The notes: a model not told the origin generated them from the sequence alone. Positions 36,030-49,145 are shown, counted from the first letter of the stretch. The stretch: DNA of 64,000 nt from Macrostomum lignano (GCA_002269645.1 NIVC01001184.1:278540-342539), one strand, 5' to 3'. Made by a program: numbers and translations.

Positions 36030-37355
36030 CTGGGTGATTGGTAAAAATCTGGACATGGTTAGTTTTTGCCATAGACAAAATTTAACGAGGCGAATTTATT
36101 GAGCTGATGCTTTTGAGCAATACTGGGGGTCTTCCTCACAACTTAAGTTGTTTTTTTCACTCGTTTGCCCCGTCACGTCTGAGATGCAGTCTCTAAATGA
36201 AGAGTAGCGGCGTAAAATGGTTGTACAATATAAAATTGAGCACCCTGGGCTGAGCAAAAATGCAATCGCAAAATATTTTGCTGAGCTTGGTGTCCCAAGA
36301 TCAACCATTTATGGAATTCTGGATCGCTACTCAGCAACTGGAGAAGATTCTGTGCTACGCAAGGAGGGGTCAGGACGACCAGCTACCAAGGTCACTGCCA
36401 CTTTGATGGAGAAGATGTCAAATGATGCCAGGACGGGTCTGTCCCAGCGCGAAATTGCACGCAAATATGACATCAGCCAGCCGTACGTCAACGAGATTCT
36501 CAAGAAGCAGGGACTAAGTGCATACAAGAAAGAAAAAGTGCCATTTGTGTCGTTTGAGCAGAAAGAGCGCCAGCGTGTGAGGATTGACAGGCTCTACCGT
36601 GCTGTGCTGGCAGGAGATGACGGCGGACTGGACATTGTCATGGACGATGAATCGTACTTCTCTCTGTCATCCAATGTCATCCCTGGTAACAGGTTCTATT
36701 ATGCAACAGCTCGAGGTGATGCACCTGATGAGGTCAGGTGTTCACCCAGCAAGAAATTTGAGGCCAAAGTCTTAGTCTGGCTGGCCATCAGCAAGAAGGG
36801 CATGTCCAAGGTCTTCTTCTGCCACGGCAGCTCAATGAACAAAGAGATCTACATAAGGGAGTGCATTCACAAGCGTCTATTGCCATTTATTAAGGAACAG
36901 CATGCTGACGGCAACTACCTGTTCTGGCCTGACCTGGCGAGCTGTCACTATGCTCGTGACGTCATTGACACATTTGAAGAGGAAGGTGTCAATTTTGTCA
37001 GCAAGGAGCTCAATCCTCCCAATGTACCACAGCTGCGACCAATTGAGAACTTCTGGGGGATGTTGAAGCAAAAGGTTTACCATCACAATTGGACGGCGGA
37101 CAGTCTGGAACAGCTGGAAAATCGCATTCGCTACTGCCTCCGCCAGGTGGATCTGCACTGTGTACAGGAGATGATGACCAATGTCAAGTCCGGGATTCGC
37201 CGAGCTCGGGCTAATGGTGTCGGAGCCGTTTGGCAATGAGCCAGACAATCCCTTATATATTGAACTTAAGCCAAGTTAAAAGACATGTGTTCAATTTGTT
37301 TATTGTTGTCTTGCTAAAACAAATAAAAATGTCCAGATTTTTACCAATCACCCAG
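36030..37355 (+). mobile_element. Tc1/mariner superfamily DNA transposon, DD37E type, 1326 bp
   Basis: Perfect 27-bp TIRs ctgggtgattggtaaaaatctggacat, with TA TSD at 36028-36029 and 37356-37357. Confidence 0.9.
36217..37239 (+). CDS. DD37E transposase
   Basis: Two HTH-like segments, then MDDESYF, WPDLASCHY and PPNVPQLRPIENFW; 37 residues lie between the second D and the E. Confidence 0.88.
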   Translation: MVVQYKIEHPGLSKNAIAKYFAELGVPRSTIYGILDRYSATGEDSVLRKEGSGRPATKVTATLMEKMSNDARTGLSQREIARKYDISQPYVNEILKKQGLSAYKKEKVPFVSFEQKERQRVRIDRLYRAVLAGDDGGLDIVMDDESYFSLSSNVIPGNRFYYATARGDAPDEVRCSPSKKFEAKVLVWLAISKKGMSKVFFCHGSSMNKEIYIRECIHKRLLPFIKEQHADGNYLFWPDLASCHYARDVIDTFEEEGVNFVSKELNPPNVPQLRPIENFWGMLKQKVYHHNWTADSLEQLENRIRYCLRQVDLHCVQEMMTNVKSGIRRARANGVGAVWQ

Positions 37356-37914
37356 TATGCAAGTACCTACTGGTATAAAATAAAAAATCCACTCATTCAA
37401 CATAATCGAAGACATGTTTATAAAGGCAGCACACATTAAATAGAAGCTTTAATATATAATAAACGTGCGACGTCGACTGCAAATACTTCAAAGTTTACTA
37501 TAAAAGTTGCTGTATATTTATACTGAAAAATAATAAATATATACAAACACACTCACACAGTAACACAGACTGTATGTAACAAACAATAGCAGTGGGAAAA
37601 TGTGTATTTTATGCAATTGCTCATTTTGACTGGAAAGCAGGCATGCAGCACAGGGATAGCAATGCAATAATTAAATGTGTAGACAAACGTGAAATATTTA
37701 AACTATATAAAATTGGATGGGGATACGAACAGTGAATATATGCTAGAAATTCAATTGCTCATTCGTCTTTAGGATTATAAAAATTGAAAAATACTTGGTG
37801 CCCCACTGGGCTCGAACTAAACTCAAAACTTGACTCAAGTCATAATTGGTTAAGTTAATGCATCTCTCTATACGCTAAGTCTAAAGGGGCCAATAAAGCA
37901 TATGCATAGAATTT

Positions 37915-39276
37915 TTACACTCGCAACACTTCCAGACAGTTGTTGTAGCAGATGGCAATCCAGTCCGTGAGCAGGCTGCCCCACTGAACCTGATTGATTT
38001 CGCCTGCGGCTGTGTAAGCCAATATCGGATCGTCCACTGGCCGGGGCACGGACTGAATGTCCCAGATTAGGGCCTGGTGATCGTCGCCTGGACAATTGGG
38101 ATGGTTAACAGTCAGTAGGTAGGTAGGTAGGTAGGTAGGTAAGTAGGTAGGTAGGTAGGTAGAGATGCAGATTTGAAATCTCGGTGTTGACTACTTGGGC
38201 CAAAAGAGTGAGTGAGCAGTACTCAAGGTGGGGCAAATAGTACACAGTGTACTTACTCCCCACACCAGATAGGCAGGTAGATATAAGGTGAAAAATTAGA
38301 CAAGCTAGTGGGTGGTTAAGTATATGTAGATTACATGTAAGTAGGTAGGTAGATATATAGATAGAGTTAGACGTGGATAGGCAGTAAAATAGGATAGGTG
38401 AATAAGCAGATAGTTAGATATGTAAGCAGGTATGCAGGTAGATAGATAAGTAGGCAGGTAGACAAATAGGTAGGTAGCTACGAAGATAGATAGATCAGTA
38501 GACAGGTAGACAAATAGGTAGGTAGCTACGAAGGTAGATAGATCAGTAGACAGGTAGACAAATAGGTAGGTAGCTACGAAGGTAGATAGATCAGTAGACA
38601 GGTAGACGAATAGGTAGGTACGCAAGTAGATAGATAAGTAGGCAGGTAGACAAATAGGTAGGTAGCTACGAAGGTAGACAGATAAGTAGGCAGGTAGACA
38701 AATAGGTACGTAGCTAGAAGGTAGATAAATAAGTAGGCAGATAGACAGATACGTAGGTAGGTACAAAAGGTAGATAGATAAGTAGACAGGTAGGTCAGTA
38801 CTCGTAGATAGATAGTAGACAAGAAGACAGTCAGGCAGCTCGAGCCAACTCACCCGCAGTGCAGATGTGCTTAGGAGAGTGCGGCGCCCAGGCGAAGCCG
38901 TTAACGCAGGCCCGGTGATTGGTCAGCTTGGCAACCGGGGTGCAGGGCACCCGAGTGTCCAGCAGGGCCACCTCGTTGGAATCGGCAGCAAAGGTGGCCA
39001 GGTAGTTCGGATCCTGACGGTTCCAGGCCAGGCGGAGCAGGGCGCTGTGACTGGGGTCCTCGTAGATGATGGTGGAGTGCTCCAGGTGGCGCAGGTCGAA
39101 CATTCGGACCGAACCGTCGGCGCCAACGCTGGCGAAGAGGTCGCGACCGTTGCCCTGACGGCTGAACGCGATGTCGTAAACTTCTTTGTCGTGCGCGATC
39201 AGCTGCGTCTTGACGTGGCCGCTGACCACTCGGCTGATGGCTTGGCCCGTCTGTGGGGGAGGGGATTGCCTAGTGT

Positions 39277-39350
<74 letters not shown>

Positions 39351-39378
39351 GGACAGACAGACAGACAGACAGGCAGGC

Positions 39379-39419
<41 letters not shown>

Positions 39420-39426
39420 GGCAGGC

Positions 39427-39471
<45 letters not shown>

Positions 39472-39492
39472 GGCAGGCAGACAGACAGACAC

Positions 39493-39537
<45 letters not shown>

Positions 39538-39580
39538 TAGACAGACAGACAGACAGATAGACAGACAGACAGACAGACAC

Positions 39581-39622
<42 letters not shown>

Positions 39623-40838
39623 GGAGAGCAGCTTACCTCCAGGCCCCAGATAGTGCAGGTAGTATCAATAGACGCAGTGCCAATAATATTAGGATCGGTC
39701 TCATTCCAGTCGAAGGAGGTGAGCGGGGCGCAGAAGTCGGAGTTCTTATTATTATTGAGCAGGCACTCCAGCTTGGCTTCGGAGTCGGCTACCCGCCACA
39801 CCCGCAGATAGTCGCCGCTGGTGGCCAGCAGGTCTGCTTGGCAGGTGGCCGCTGCGCCGGCATTTTTAGCGTCGGGCAGCCACATGACTTTGGTGGTTGG
39901 GTAGGGATGGTCGAACAAGCATTTCGGTGTCAGGCGGTCGTCTTCCATGCAGACAATCTGCGGGAAGTGTGGAAATGCCACTTTGTGTCTCAATGTCTGT
40001 CTAGATGTCTCAATACCTGTCCAGGTGCCCCATAATCTGTCCAGGTGTCTCAATGTCGGTCCAGGTGTCTCAATATCTGTCCAGGTGTCTCAATACCTGT
40101 CCAGGTGTCTCAATATCTGTCCAGGTGTACTAATACCTGTCCAGGTGTCTCAATGTCGGTCCAGGTGTCTCAATACTTGTCCAGGTGTCTCAATACCTGC
40201 CCAGGTGTCTCAATACCTGTCCAGGTGTCTCAATGTCGGTCCAGGTGTCTCAATACTTGTCCAGGTGTCTCAATACCTGCCCAGGTGTCTCAATATCTGT
40301 CCAGGTGTACTAATACCTGTCCAGGTGTCTCAATGTCGGTCCAGGTGTCTCAATACTTGTCCAGGTGTCTCAATACCTGCTCAGGTGTCTCAATATCTGT
40401 CCAGGTGTACTAATACCTGTCCATGTCCTAATACCTGTCCAGGTGTCCTAATACCTGTCCAGGTGTCCCAGTATCTATCCAGGTGTCTCAATATCTGTCC
40501 AGGTGTCCTAATACCTGTCCAGGTGTCCCAATATTAATCCAGGTGTCTCAATATCAATCCAGGTGTCTCAATATCTGTTCAGGTATCTTAATATCTGTCT
40601 AAGAGTCATAATGCAGAAAACAAACCTGCACTTTATTATTGTATTCTTCAACAAACGATCCTAACGCCAACCGAAATCCTTTATCCGGCCTGGCAGACCA
40701 ATTCATACTGTACACAGGCCACGGCGCCTCGTATTTATAAATTTCTTTGCGCTTGGCGCCGCCATGCGCAACGCCGCCACTGACGCCGCTGCCCACGCCG
40801 ACGCCCATGCCGGTGACGATGCCCGCGTATTGAGACAT
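37915..40838 (-). CDS. DCAF7: WD40 scaffold DCAF7/WDR68/AN11, 4 exons, 367 aa
   Basis: Exons 40838-40626, 39957-39637, 39250-38854 and 38087-37915. [54 protein letters not shown] and [11 protein letters not shown]. Confidence 0.95.
38112..38820. repeat. TAGG/GATA-type low-complexity repeat in DCAF7 intron 3
   Basis: Read directly. Confidence 0.8.
39277..39622. repeat. (GACA)n microsatellite in DCAF7 intron 2
   Basis: Read directly. Confidence 0.9.
39985..40590. repeat. 20-bp minisatellite (ccaggtgtctcaatacctgt) in DCAF7 intron 1
   Basis: Read directly. Confidence 0.9.
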
Positions 40839-41589
40839 AAAAAAATGAATTTTCTCTTAGTAAATAATACTGTTAAAAATCCTTTTAACTCTACTAGTAG
40901 TAGGCTAATTTAGACATTTGTATAAATTTTAATTTCTAAAATCGGAAAAAATTGACAATACAATGAAGTCTTCTTCGAAACGATAAAAAATGTTATCAGA
41001 TTTAAACAGATTCATTCGCTTGCATTTTTTTCGTTATCGAATATTTTTCCACTACGGCGATAGGGGAGTTGCGTAGATCTGCTGTAGCAAGCAAAACAAT
41101 GAGAAATCACATTCAAACAGGCCAAACAAATGACACAATGTACTATTTCGCTAAAAGACACGAAAAGCAACTAAACTATATGAACTATATTGTGAAACGA
41201 TTGGTATACTTAAGTTAGGCATCTTGAGCAGTTACAGCTAAGAAAAAAGATCTCCAAGTTTTGTTGCAAAAAATGGGCAGAATATCTCAGTTGAACTTCT
41301 ATTAGACTAAAGAGTTTATCACACATTTTTATAAGGTCTGTTAACCTGCCTGTCTGTCTCAGTGTCTAGAGTATTGTATGGACATATATGAGAAGTACAA
41401 AGAGAAATCGCTAAGCAGATATTATATAGCTCTCTAAAGTAGATTTGTGAACAATGCAAACTGAATCACGCATGTACAATTGAATAAAGGATAGTCGCAG
41501 TAGACAACAATAGTGTGATAACATTTTTAAGACATTCAAAAACCTGTCTATTTAAGACAAATTCTCAGTCTATTTTCACTCTGAGTTTC

Positions 41590-42410
41590 AAGTCACACTC
41601 CGATAGTGCCTAATTGTCACTCCGATAGTGCCTAATTGTCAGTCCAATAGTGCCTAATTGTCACTCCGATAGTGCCTAATTGTCACTCCGATAGTGCCTA
41701 ATTGTCACTCCGATAGTGCCTAATTGTCACTCCGATAGTGCCTAATTGTCAGTCCAATAGTGCCTAATTGTCACTCCGATAGTGCCTAATTGTCACTCCG
41801 ATAGTGCCTAATTGTCACTCCGATAGTGCCTAATTGTCAGTCCAATAGTGCCTAATTGTCACTCCGATAGTGCCTAATTGTCACTCCGATAGTGCCTAAT
41901 TGTCACTCCGATAGTGCCTAATTGTCAGTCCAATAGTGCCTAATTGTCACTCCGATAGTGCCTAATTGTCTCTCTTATAGTGCTAATTGTCACTCCAACT
42001 GTATCGAAATGTCAATCCGATTGTATCGGAAATGTCACTCCGATTGTATCGGAAATGTCACTCCGACTGTATCGAAAATCTCACTTTGACTGTATCGAAA
42101 ATTTCACTCCGACTGTATCGAAAATGTCACTCCGACTGTATCGAAAATGTCACTCCGACTGCATCGGAAATGTCACTCCGACTGCATCGGAAATGTCACT
42201 CCGACTGTATTGGAAATGTCACTCCGACTGCATCGGAAATGTCACTCCGACTGTATCGAAAATTTCACTCTGACTGCATCGAAAATGTCACTCCGACTGC
42301 ATCGGAAATGTCACTCCGACTGCATCGGAAATGTCACTCCGACTGTATTGGAAATGTCACTCCGACTGTATCGAAAATTTCACTCCGACTGTATCGGAAT
42401 GTCACTGCAA
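41590..42410. repeat. Two abutting minisatellites (22-bp tgtcactccgatagtgcctaat, then ~23-bp tgtcactccgactgtatcggaaa)
   Basis: Read directly; the unit switches at about 41990. Confidence 0.85.
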
Positions 42411-42695
42411 CTGAATCCGAAGTGAAAATCCGAACTGAATTCTGAACAAGAATCAATAAGCTCTCAGCATTAAGTGAACCATAACTCAGGTAAAGAAACG
42501 TGCCCTGTCAGCACTATTCTTTAAACTGGTTTATCTACTAAATTAAATTAGAAATGAACAAAATCGATAAACTTGTTTGCAAGAGAAAAGCAACACAATT
42601 CTAAATAGCTGCTTTTAGCGCTGTCAGCCCCGCTCTGCATGTCAGTGAAGTAAGTGTCAGTGAATCGTAGCGCGAATGGATCTCCACGCGTAACT

Positions 42696-44414
42696 TCAGT
42701 CGGTCTGCCACTGCTTAAAGAAATCGTTGCCTTTATTGTCAACCACGATAAAAGCTGGGAAATTCTCCACCTCAACGCGCCACACGGCCTCCATGCCGAG
42801 CTCCTGATATTCCAGCACTTCAACTTTTTTAATGCTGTTCTGCGCCAGGATGGCGGCGGGACCGCCGATGCTGCCCAGGTAGAAGCCGCCGTGTTTTTTG
42901 CAGGCCTCCGTGACAGCTCGGGACCGGTTGCCTTTGGCCAACATCACCATGCTGCCGCCGGCCGCCTGCGGTGCGTAGGGAGGGGACTGTGGTTCACAAT
43001 GCTGAGCCTCATTCACTCTATCTTTCACTCACAACAATTATTGACTTACAACAATCATTCACTCACGAAAATCGTTCACTCAAACGTCAATCCATTCACT
43101 CACACATCAATCATTGACACACACACATCAATCATTCACTCACCCATCAACTATTGACACACACACATCAATCATTCACTCACCCATCAACCATTGACTT
43201 ACAAATCAAACATTCACTCACAACAATCATTCACTCACAACAATCATTCACTCACAATAATCATTCACTCAAACGTCAATCCATTCACTCACACATCAAT
43301 CATTGACACACACACATCAATCATTCACTCACCCATCAACCATTGACTTACAAATCAAACATTCACTCACAACAATTATTTACTCACACATCAATCATTC
43401 ACTCACAACAATCATTCACTCACAATAATCATTCACTCAAACGTCAATCCATTCACTCACACATCAATCATTCACTCACCCATTGACTTACAAATCAAAC
43501 ATTCACTCAAACGTCAATCCATTCACTCACCCATCAATCATTCACTCACACATCAAACATTCACTCACATGCCAAAATCAACACTTTCACACTCTCAGAA
43601 CCAGAAAATTCACATTTAAACAACCTGAACATTAAAGCTCACATTAGAAACACAATTATGAATCAATCACTCATTCAATAGCTATTAGCAGTAAACCCTA
43701 AAAGCAGTGGGCAAACTACCCAACGCACCTGGAACTGGTCCACATAGGAGTCCATCCTTCCGGCCGTAGTAGGGCCAAACGAGCCGCTAGCATAGCCCTC
43801 CGGAGTTTTAGCCGGGCCAGCGTAATAAACCGGATGATCTTTTATGTACTGCGGCAGGCCCTGGCCAGAGTCTAAACGCTGCTTCAGCTTGGCATGCGCA
43901 ATGTCCCTAGCAACCACTAGGGTGCCGCTTAGCGACAGTCTAGTCCGAACTGGGTACTTGGACAGCAGCGACAGCACCTTATCCATTGGCTGGTTGAGAT
44001 CTACTTTAACAACTTCATTGCCAAGATCCGAGTCGCGTATTTCTGGCAAATATTTGCTCGGGTCGGTTTCCAATTGTTCCAGGTAGACTCCGGTCTCGTC
44101 TATTTTGCCCAGCGCCTGCCGATCAGCTGAACAGGACACGCCGATGCCTGCAATGGGGCAACAGTTTGATGGGGCACGTCTAGTCACAGTGTCTCTTTAA
44201 TATAGATGAACTAAAACTACTGGTAATACTCTCTTTATATGTCTGCTCATACTACATGTAATTGCTGGTGATTAACCTATCACAGCTGTCCGTAAGTCTG
44301 CCTGTCCGTATATAAACAGGTCTGTCTGTCTTTTGGTTCTTCGTCTGCCCATCTTAGTCTGTCAGGTGGTTTGGTGTCTGTATTGGTCTGTCTGTCTGTC
44401 TGTCTGTCTTAGCT

Positions 44415-44477
<63 letters not shown>

Positions 44478-44510
44478 TAGCTTCTGTCTGTCTGTCTGTC
44501 TGTCTTAGCT

Positions 44511-44569
<59 letters not shown>

Positions 44570-44654
44570 TAGCTTCTGTCTGTCTGTCTGTCTGTCTTAG
44601 CTTCTGTCTGTCTGTCTGTCTGTCTTAGCTTCTGTCTGTCTGTCTGTCTTAGCT

Positions 44655-44705
<51 letters not shown>

Positions 44706-44806
44706 TAGCTTCTGTCTGTCTGTCTGTCTTAGCTTCTGTCTGTCTGTCTGTCTTAGCTTCTGTCTGTCTGTCTGTCTTAGCTTCTGTCTGTCTGTCTGTC
44801 TTAGCT

Positions 44807-44853
<47 letters not shown>

Positions 44854-44974
44854 TAGCTTCTGGCTGTCTGTCTGTCTGTCTGTCTGTCTTAGCTTCTGTC
44901 TGTCTGTCTGTCTTAGCTTCTGTCTGTCTGTCTGTCTTAGCTTCTGTCTGTCTGTCTGTCTGTCTGTCTTAGCT

Positions 44975-45025
<51 letters not shown>

Positions 45026-47402
45026 TAGCGTCTGTCTGTCTGTCTTAGCTTCTGTCTGTGTCTGTCTGTCTGTCTGTCTGCCAGCCCAGCGGTCCCCCAG
45101 CTAACCAATGGGGCAGGAGGCGCCGTGCCGGGGCAGGCGCACCACCCGCACATCGTGGCAGAAGTATTTGCCGCCGAACTGAGCTCCGATGCCGCACTGT
45201 CTGGTGAGAGCCAGCACCTGCTCCTCGAACTGATGATCGCGGAACGCTCGACCATGCTCGTTGCCAGAGTCGTGCAGATTGTCAAGGTAGCGAGCGGAGG
45301 CGAGTTTCACAGTCTTCAGACAGGCCTCAGCTGAGGTGCCGCCAATCACAATGGCCAGATGATAGGGCGGGCAGGCCGCTGTGCCTAAAGTCTTGATTTT
45401 TTCATCAACAAATTTGAGCAGCTTCTCAGGATTGAGCACAGATTTAGTCTGCTGATAGAGAAAGGTCTTGTTAGCCGAGCCGCCGCCTTTGGCCATGAAC
45501 AAGAATTTGTACTCGCGACCGGGGGTTGAGTACAGCTCAATTTGTGCTGGCAGATTAGTGCCAGTGTTCTTCTCCTCGTACATGTCCAAGGGCGACACCT
45601 GGATGGTAGGTGGACAGCTGTACTTTGAGGATCTATTAGTACAGAAGCTGTACTTTGAGGATCTATTAGTACAGAAGCTGTACTTTGAGGATCTATTAGT
45701 ACAGAAGCTGTACTTTGAGGATCTATTAGAACAGAAGCTTTACTTTGAGGATCTATTAGAACAGAAGCTGTACTTTGAGGATCTATTAGTGCAGAAGCTG
45801 TACTTTGAGGATCTATTAGAACAGAAGCTGTACTTTGAGGATCTATTAGAACAGAAGCTTTACTTTGAGGATCTATTAGAACAGAAGCTGTACTTTGAGG
45901 ATCTATTAGAACAGAAGCTTTACTTTGAGGATCTATTAGAACAGAAGCTGTACTTTGAGGATCTATTAGTACAGAAGCTGTACTTTGAGGATCTATTAGA
46001 ACAGAAGCTGTACTTTGAGGATCTATTAGTACAGAAGCTGTACTTCGAGGATCTATTGGTACAGAAGCTGTACTTTGAGGATCTATTAGAACAGAAGCTG
46101 TACTTTGAGGATCTATTAGTACAGAAGCTGTACTTTGAGGATCTATTAGAACAGAAGCTGTACTTTGAGGATCTATTAGTACAGAAGCTGTACTTTGAGG
46201 ATCTATTGGTACAGAAGCTGTACTTTGAGGATCTTTTAATTACAGAAGCTGTACTTTGAGGATCTTTTAATTACAGAAGCTGTACTTTGAGGATCTTTTA
46301 ATTACAGAAGCTGTACTTTAAGGATCTTTTAATTACAGAAGCTGTACTTTAAGGATCTTTTAATTACAGAAGCTGTACTTTCAGGATCTTTTTTTAGTAC
46401 AGAAGCTGTACTTTGAGGATCTATTAGTTGGTACAGAAGCTGTACTTTGAGGATCTATTAGTTGGTACAGAAGCTGTACTTTGAGGATCTTTTAATTACA
46501 GAAGCTGTACTTTGAGGATCTTTTAATTACAGAAGCTGTACTTTAAGGATCTTTTAATTACAGAAGCTGTACTTTCAGGATCTTTTTTTAGTACAGAAGC
46601 TGTACTTTCAGGATCTATTAGTTGGTACAGAAGCTGTACTTTGAGGATCTATTAGTTGGTACAGAAGCTGTACTTTGAGGATCTATTAGTTGGTACAGAA
46701 GCTGTACTTTGAGGATCTATTAGTACAGAAGCTGTACTTTGAGGATCCATTTTAGAACAGAAGCTGTACTTTGAGGATCTATTAGTACAGAAGTAGCTGT
46801 ATTGAAGAGAGTTATAAATCTATAACGCGGCTGCACCCTGCCAAATGAATATAATTATAATAAAATCTGTTTCTCACCTGAGAGTAGCGCAGATTAGTGC
46901 CCGTATAGGTATTATAGACGCCATGACTCAAAGCGCTAGCATCATCAGCGCAATGCGTCATAACGTATTGACCCTTCTTGCCAATGACAATGGCGGTGCC
47001 GGTGTCCTGACAGCCAGGCAGCACCATATTAGCGGCAATGTTGGCATTCTTTAACAGTTCTAAAGCCACAAATTTGTCATTCTTAGACGCTTCGGAATCT
47101 TTCAGAATGTTAGCCAGAGACTGAAGATGGCCCGGCCGCAACAGGTGAGCAATGTCAACCATGGCAGTTTGAGCAAGCAGGGTCAGCGCTTTGCCATCAA
47201 CGTGCAGAATTTTCTTGCCCAAATGCTCGCTGGTGCACACATAGTCGGTGGTTAGCTTTTTGTAAGGCGTATCACTGTCTGCCGGTCGGGTCATCTCCAT
47301 CACGTCCTGATAGTGAAACGGTCGTGGCGCCGTTGCTAAGCAACGGGATGAAAGGCGTGAGAGACGCCAGCTGGAGTCTAGCAGTCTTGGCAATGATTGC
47401 AT
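42696..47402 (-). CDS. Class I (Fe-S) fumarate hydratase, mitochondrial, 4 exons, 568 aa
   Basis: Exons 47402-46878, 45598-45106, 44147-43729 and 42965-42696. Arg/Ser/Leu-rich presequence, three Fe-S Cys motifs ([21 protein letters not shown]), [17 protein letters not shown] and [15 protein letters not shown]; FumA/FumB-like. Confidence 0.93.
43015..43600. repeat. Degenerate (tcattcactcac...) repeat in FH intron 3
   Basis: Read directly. Confidence 0.8.
44385..45080. repeat. (CTGT)n with cttagctt interruptions in FH intron 2
   Basis: Read directly. Confidence 0.9.
45615..46795. repeat. 30-bp minisatellite, ~38 units (agctgtactttgaggatctattagtacaga) in FH intron 1
   Basis: Read directly. 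Confidence 0.9.
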
Positions 47403-49145
47403 TGTCTGTAATGGTGTCAATAGTAATTATATGTAGCGTGAGTATTCATATTAACATGTGATTTTTAATAGCATAATCTTTTTAAGCTTTCTAGGTTAAT
47501 CCAATATTGTTAAATGCTTATTTCACTAAAAAACTTTCATATTAATTGTAGTACAATAATAAACATTTTCTGGATTCGATTTTCTGATCAAGACAATAAC
47601 CAGTGACAATGAACCAGTGTATGAAAATGATATTTATATAATAAATGCTCAACTAGCGTCTAGCAATAGGAGCTAGAACAGAAGCATGAAAAAGCTAAAG
47701 ACAACTGATTTTAGATTTTAAATAAATACATTTATAAATTATTTTACTACAAACAATACATGTTTGCCCACTATAATTTAATATTTTTCTTTCTCAGACC
47801 CCCTGTCTAATTAGGCTAGCAAACGCATTCAATGGAACTGCTAAAAAATGAATGGCAAAAAATTCTGCTCAGCCACTTTCATGTGGGACACAAAGCAGCC
47901 GAGGCACATTGCAAGTTATCGCAGCTGATGGGTCCACATGCACCCTCTAAGTCATCAGTGTATGAGTGGTTCTCATGTTTTTCTGAATAGAACTTGAGAC
48001 TATGAGCTGCAGAACAGGCCAAGGTTAGGCTGACCCCCAGCTGCTGATAGCAATGCCATTCTCCAACCCCTTGAGGACCCCTTGAGCAGAGGAGAGCCAT
48101 GGCCTCAAGTTAAAAGAATGTAAATTATATTCTCCTCAAGTAGGTCTAATAGAATATATCATCTGGTTTTTCCTTTTTGCTTCCTAAAAGGGAAGAAAAT
48201 TGCATTCTAGGTTGTAAAAATTGCATCTTAAGAAAAAACCTAAAGCCTAGGCCACACTCAAAATGATGTCCTTCTGCCTAGAAAAATTCTGGCACACAGA
48301 AGCCTTCTTAGATCCATATGTCAGCACAATCAATGCAGAAACCACACTGTGCAGTGTAGAGGTGCAGTACAGTGCAAGCTATGCTATGTTAAAAATGCAA
48401 TGTAGCAAAGTATAAAAATATAAAAGTGTGATTTAAGGGTCAATTAAAAAAATTACTTTTAAACAATTTTTATTAACAACTCCAGTGAGATTTTGAAAGG
48501 TATGTTTTAGTAATCTTGTCTATTTTATTTGATAAATCCTATTGCCCTAAGTAAAAAGATACCTTATTTTTTTAAATTGGTAAGCAATAAAAGTTACAAA
48601 ACTTTTTGTCTTTTTATATCTTTTATTTTATATCATTTTTCAACATTTGCATCAAAAATTCAAGTATATCTAAAACAAAATATTAGGTAATTAAGAATTC
48701 AAAATATATATATATTGCATTTGGCTTTGTATTTTAATGACTTTTGATACATTGCTAGAACATAGGCCCCAACTAATTTTCTTTAACTTTAAAAATACAA
48801 AAGCATGAAGAGGATAGTGACCCCTGGTCTCCCACCTTTAATGTCCAGGGTTGGTGGCGCACAGATGTGGCGCAATGAGCAGGTGGGTACAAGGGCACCT
48901 AAATGGCCACATCCAAGGTGCACTTGCACTTGTTGGCCACAAGCACATAGTTTTTGTAAATTTGTTTTTTCAAACTTATTTTTATGAAAAAGATGACATA
49001 GTTCATTATTATTCCAAAATAAAGCCTAGATAGTAATGTTTCTTCTTTATAGCAACTCCAAATAGCAATTTTATGAAGCACAAAAAAGACATTTTGTAGT
49101 CTGAGCTCATTTGGGTCACTCAATAGGTGGAACACAACTTTTCTT

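Noticed and set aside
37795-37825. tRNA 3' half ending in CCA (- strand gttcgagcccagtggggcacca)
   Set aside because: No D-arm or anticodon arm upstream; a fragment only.
45468-46259. ORF of ([10 protein letters not shown])n
   Set aside because: Antisense translation of a 30-bp intronic minisatellite in FH intron 1.
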